Shown here: piece after piece, positions 13,752-16,361 of the stretch
How the letters are laid out: every line of letters begins with the position of its first letter
How positions within the stretch are numbered: position 1 is the stretch's first letter
Virus record (IMG/VR): IMGVR_UViG_3300009979_000063
Span: 64,001 to 80,361 of that record
Strand: one strand, 5' to 3'
Length of the DNA stretch: 16,361 nt
Source: a virus
Taxonomy: Duplodnaviria; Heunggongvirae; Uroviricota; Caudoviricetes
The notes under the pieces: model-generated
Told to the model about the DNA's origin: nothing
What the model saw: only the letters and a program-made list of their open reading frames with translations
Databases searched by the model: none
Program-made: the position numbers and the translations under genes

Positions 13752-13900
13752 CACCCTAAACAGCCGAGCTAGGTCACGGCAAGGTAACAAGTTCCTGGTT
13801 CGAACGTCTGTTTGCCGAGTGTCTTTCTGCCGAGCCTATATGCGCGCGTATGCGTATTCACCAGCGCTTTAAATCGGGCGCACATTCGTACCAATAAAAC

Positions 13901-13933
13901 AAAACAAAAAAGGCCCGTCTGCCAACGGGCCTT
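13901..13933 (-). terminator. Intrinsic terminator (minus strand)
   Basis: AAGGCCCGT-CTGCCA-ACGGGCCTT stem with a long A-run on its left (U-tract on the minus strand). Confidence 0.85.
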
Positions 13934-13979
13934 AATTGCACTTCTCCTTTGTCTCGGCTTTCCGGATTCTGCCTTTTGA

Positions 13980-14156
13980 CTAGAGATACTCCCCCGACCA
14001 ATTGTAGGAACGTGAATCGTCGTCATGCCATCTAGTGATTAGACCTGATTCGACTTTGTACCCCATTCCCGCGTAGTCGTGAGCGATATCCTCCGAATAA
14101 ACGAGAGAGACCGGAATGCCATCCTTTGTCGCACGCCAAACGGTAACAACGTCCAT
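13980..14156 (-). CDS. 58-aa hypothetical protein (MDVVTVWRATKDGIPVSLVYSEDIAHDYAGMGYKVESGLITRWHDDDSRSYNWSGEYL)
   Basis: Not in the ORF track. GAAAGGA RBS; terminator downstream. Confidence 0.75.
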   Translation of the reverse strand: MDVVTVWRATKDGIPVSLVYSEDIAHDYAGMGYKVESGLITRWHDDDSRSYNWSGEYL

Positions 14157-14239
14157 TTGCGTTTTCCTTTCGGTCTGCGGCTGTCGCTTATCGGCTAGCG
14201 ATTTCCTTTAGTTTCTCCGTTCCTAGCAGAATTGCGCGG

Positions 14240-14437
14240 TCAAAGTCCCCTGGCGTGCGAATTGAATGCGAACGGCCGGTATCGGTTTTCGAATACAACC
14301 CGATAGGCGAATTGCCCTGGCACGATTCCATGACCGGCATATCCGTAGGGAGAAACCTCTAGGGTGTAATCCCCAATTGTGTGCGTGGTGATTGGATCAT
14401 TCCAAGAATAATCCCACCTTTCCAACCAGTCGGACAT
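14240..14437 (-). CDS. Hypothetical protein (65 aa)
   Basis: GAAAGG RBS; aromatic-rich, protein-like sequence. Confidence 0.75.
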   Translation of the reverse strand: MSDWLERWDYSWNDPITTHTIGDYTLEVSPYGYAGHGIVPGQFAYRVVFENRYRPFAFNSHARGL

Positions 14438-14668
14438 ACTTTGCCTTTCTGCTCACGTTAGAGCAAAGATGATGAAAACAATAATGCTTAGGAAAAATAG
14501 AACAATTCCTATTAGCACTATTGCCGCACAACCTAGTTGAAATTCCGGCATGGCCGAAATCCCTAATGCGACCGGAAAGGCTAGGGCACAATTGCTGCCG
14601 TTTAATATTACCGATCCCTACTGGCCTATGCGGTCAGGATACGGATAATACCCTAGTCAATTCCGGAA

Positions 14669-15220
14669 TTACTCGCCCGACTCGGCGGTGTCCGTCTTTG
14701 GCTTGTTCTTGCTACCGCGCGGACGCCCGAGCCTCTTTACCGGCTCCCCCTTCTCTGCGGCATCCTGCTCTGCACCCTTATTCTCCTGCAGGATGACATA
14801 CTCCTCATCCTCCATACCGAAGTGAAGCCAGATGGCCTTTCGCACGGTGTCGCGGGAAAGTCGGACCGACTCTTCGCCGGTCTTCTCCTGAACCAACCGC
14901 TTGACATCCGCGACGGATGCCTTGTACTCACCGAGTCCGCCAGGGTGCGATCCCGAAGCGGGAGCCTTGAAAGTCCAGTAGACCTCTCCGACGGCACCCG
15001 TGCCGGTCTGCGAAACACGCCACTTTCCGATCTCGAAAGTGATTCCCTTGTCTGCGGCCGTAGACATGATCGGTCCGTAGGGAAGTGCCCCGCGCTCCGG
15101 CATGTCCAAACCGACAGCGGTACCAAGCGAACGCCAGTCGCTGGCCTCATCGATCACCCAGTGAGTCTGCGGGTCCGTCTTCTGCTCTGCCATTTTCTCT
15201 GTCCGTTTCTGCTGTGTCAT
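14669..15220 (-). CDS. Putative nucleoid-associated DNA-binding protein: degenerate Lsr2-like motif plus a C-terminal AT-hook-like motif
   Basis: WRSLGTAVGLDMPERGALP aligns by eye to the Lsr2 DNA-binding motif; C-terminal KRLGRPRGSKNKPK; AGAGG RBS; GC-rich codons. Confidence 0.65.
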   Translation of the reverse strand: MTQQKRTEKMAEQKTDPQTHWVIDEASDWRSLGTAVGLDMPERGALPYGPIMSTAADKGITFEIGKWRVSQTGTGAVGEVYWTFKAPASGSHPGGLGEYKASVADVKRLVQEKTGEESVRLSRDTVRKAIWLHFGMEDEEYVILQENKGAEQDAAEKGEPVKRLGRPRGSKNKPKTDTAESGE

Positions 15221-15266
15221 GCGAGCCTCTTTGACTCGCTTGGTTGTGTCGTACTGTTGTGCCGCT

Positions 15267-15297
15267 AGCTTACCACACTCGCTTTAGCTCTTGTCAA
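15267..15297 (-). promoter_or_regulatory. Leftward promoter P1
   Basis: TTGACA-N19-TAAGCT (spacer is long). Confidence 0.55.
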
Positions 15298-15374
15298 CCG
15301 GCTACGCGCCTTCCCCATCATAGGGTGTGCTCCCGAGCAAAGCTTGTGTAGTTGTGCTGTTTGGCTTGCTAGCG

Positions 15375-15403
15375 ACTCTAGCCGAGTCGCTAGCGAATGT
15401 CAA
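15375..15403 (-). promoter_or_regulatory. Leftward promoter P2, overlapped by an 11-bp inverted repeat
   Basis: TTGACA-N17-TAGAGT; inverted repeat GCTAGCGACTC-TAGCC-GAGTCGCTAGC at 15368-15394. Confidence 0.8.
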
Positions 15404-15466
15404 CCGAAATCTTGAGCGATTGACCCTTGCTCTCGCGCTTGTGCCTTGACCGAAGCGCATGCCTAA

Positions 15467-15495
15467 AGACTAGCAGACAGCCAGCCGGCTAGCCA
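15467..15495 (-). promoter_or_regulatory. Possible leftward promoter P3
   Basis: TGGCTA-N17-TAGTCT. Confidence 0.4.
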
Positions 15496-15608
15496 GCCGT
15501 GTGACCGTTCTGTGACCATCGAACATTTGATCGATAGTTAGCGAGCTCCAACTAACTTCGCTAACGCCGCGCGCTAATGCGCGCTAGACTAGTTGTGTTT
15601 GGCAAGCC

Positions 15609-15715
15609 CTTTACGATGGCGCCAGAATTCGTACCTATTTGCAATAGCTTTACGATCGCGCTATAATTTGTACTATAGTTAATGCTTTACGAACTTTAGC
15701 AAATAGCTTTACGAT
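15609..15715 (+). repeat. Four copies of CTTTACGA (15609, 15648, 15685, 15707)
   Basis: Read directly; copies 2 and 4 extend to AATAGCTTTACGAT. Confidence 0.9.
15639..15667 (+). promoter_or_regulatory. Near-consensus rightward promoter
   Basis: TTGCAA-N17-TATAAT. Confidence 0.75.
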
Positions 15716-15876
15716 AAAATAGTCTAGCGCTTAATCTAAACGGGCATATCGGACATGTCGGACATACAGACAGTTATCGGGCCTACTGTATCGATCAAGT
15801 TGTCATAATGATTATTATCGGTGTGGATCTTGACATGTTGATCTTGCTAGCAGAATAATGCGGAATTGGCTCTTAC

Positions 15877-15905
15877 TTGCAGCCCGTCGCATTGTGTGTT
15901 ATACT
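15877..15905 (+). promoter_or_regulatory. Rightward promoter with an extended -10
   Basis: TTGCAG-N17-TATACT with TG at 15897-15898 (TGnTATACT). Confidence 0.75.
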
Positions 15906-16099
15906 ATCAGTGTCAGCAAGCAAAGTCAACAGACAGGAGTTGCAAAAGTTTGTAGCTAATGCTACTATAAATAGGGCAAAAGCCTTCATAAATGCATTAA
16001 ATTGCATCAAATTGTTTAGTTTCGCGGCCAAATCAGCGGCTGCGCGACCGTATTTAGGGGCGAAGCCCCTAAATAATTAGGGGTTATTGGCTATGTTTC

Positions 16100-16127
16100 A
16101 GAGGCTGTCTTCGGATAGCCTCTTTTT
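16100..16127 (+). terminator. Intrinsic terminator
   Basis: AGAGGCTGTC-TTCG-GATAGCCTCT with a UUCG loop, followed by TTTT. Confidence 0.85.
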
Positions 16128-16361
16128 GCATCTAATGACTAAGCGTTTACTATAGTTAATGCTTTTTAATATAGTAAAGCAGTCGCAGTCACAGCGTCAC
16201 TTAGTCACTCAGCTTGCTTGCTTGCTTATATATAGCTGCTATCTTTATTATATTATATACTTAACTAATGAATAATTCTTCTAAACCCGGCCGAAAAGTT
16301 GCGAGCAAAGCTAGCAACCAAAGCACCGGGCGAAAAACTGCTATAGCTCAAAAGCACACTA

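Larger units (their letters stand above)
15671..16165 (+). repeat. Perfect 18-bp direct repeat (15671-15688 and 16148-16165)
   Basis: TACTATAGTTAATGCTTT twice, 477 bp apart. Confidence 0.9.
1..16361. mobile_element. Segment of an actinobacteriophage genome or prophage (accessory/early region with integrase)
   Basis: Dense small co-oriented ORFs with ATGA/GTGA/TAATG overlaps, a tyrosine recombinase beside a tRNA 3' fragment, an M15 peptidase, and an Lsr2-like motif and Rv2179c-like RNase (families I associate with Actinobacteria). No housekeeping operons. Confidence 0.85.

Noticed and set aside
13769-14026. Track ORF of 85 aa
   Set aside because: It runs through a clear terminator and the duplicated intergenic element; the 58-aa ORF 13980..14156 has the RBS.
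14397-14796. Track ORFs 14397..14591 (-) and 14521..14796 (+)
   Set aside because: No RBS and atypical composition; the region looks intergenic, and I could not define a clear promoter in it.
14737-15268. Track ORFs 14737..15150 (-) and 14822..15268 (+)
   Set aside because: Alternative-frame and antisense shadows of the GC-rich 14669..15220 gene; Arg/Ser/Pro-rich with no RBS.
15877-16080. Track ORF of 67 aa
   Set aside because: It starts at the -35 of a promoter and runs through a perfect hairpin; its internal GGAG abuts a TTG with no spacing. Better treated as a ncRNA candidate.
16212-16227. (GCTT)4 microsatellite and the 9-bp tandem TGACTAGCG at 2924-2941
   Set aside because: Short simple repeats with no evidence of a phase-variable context.

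Overview
This 16.4 kb window looks like a segment of a large actinobacteriophage genome or prophage; I see no structural genes. The layout runs as follows. (1) A rightward block (1-3974) holds a DEDDh/Rv2179c-like 3'-5' exoribonuclease, a signal-peptide-bearing M15-family peptidoglycan peptidase and many small hypothetical genes. (2) A bidirectional terminator is followed by a leftward 305-aa XerC/D-like tyrosine recombinase with no N-terminal arm-binding domain. (3) A ~560-bp non-coding region upstream of the recombinase carries a tRNA-Arg(UCU) 3'-half (candidate attP core), extra tRNA D-arm-like pieces, hairpins and repeated AAGATCAA sites. (4) A long leftward block (5495-11108) encodes small membrane, Cys/His metal-binding, winged-helix and ribbon-helix-helix proteins. 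(5) A short divergent rightward block (11168-12297) is followed by an AT-rich junction with an inverted repeat and a 25-bp direct repeat. (6) A leftward module of small genes has its own sigma70-type promoters and is headed by a degenerate Lsr2-like/AT-hook protein. (7) The last ~1.1 kb is non-coding, with tandem divergent promoters, repeated motifs and a candidate sRNA. Several real-looking genes under 60 aa are absent from the supplied ORF track. All functional calls come from motif recognition by eye; no searches were run.
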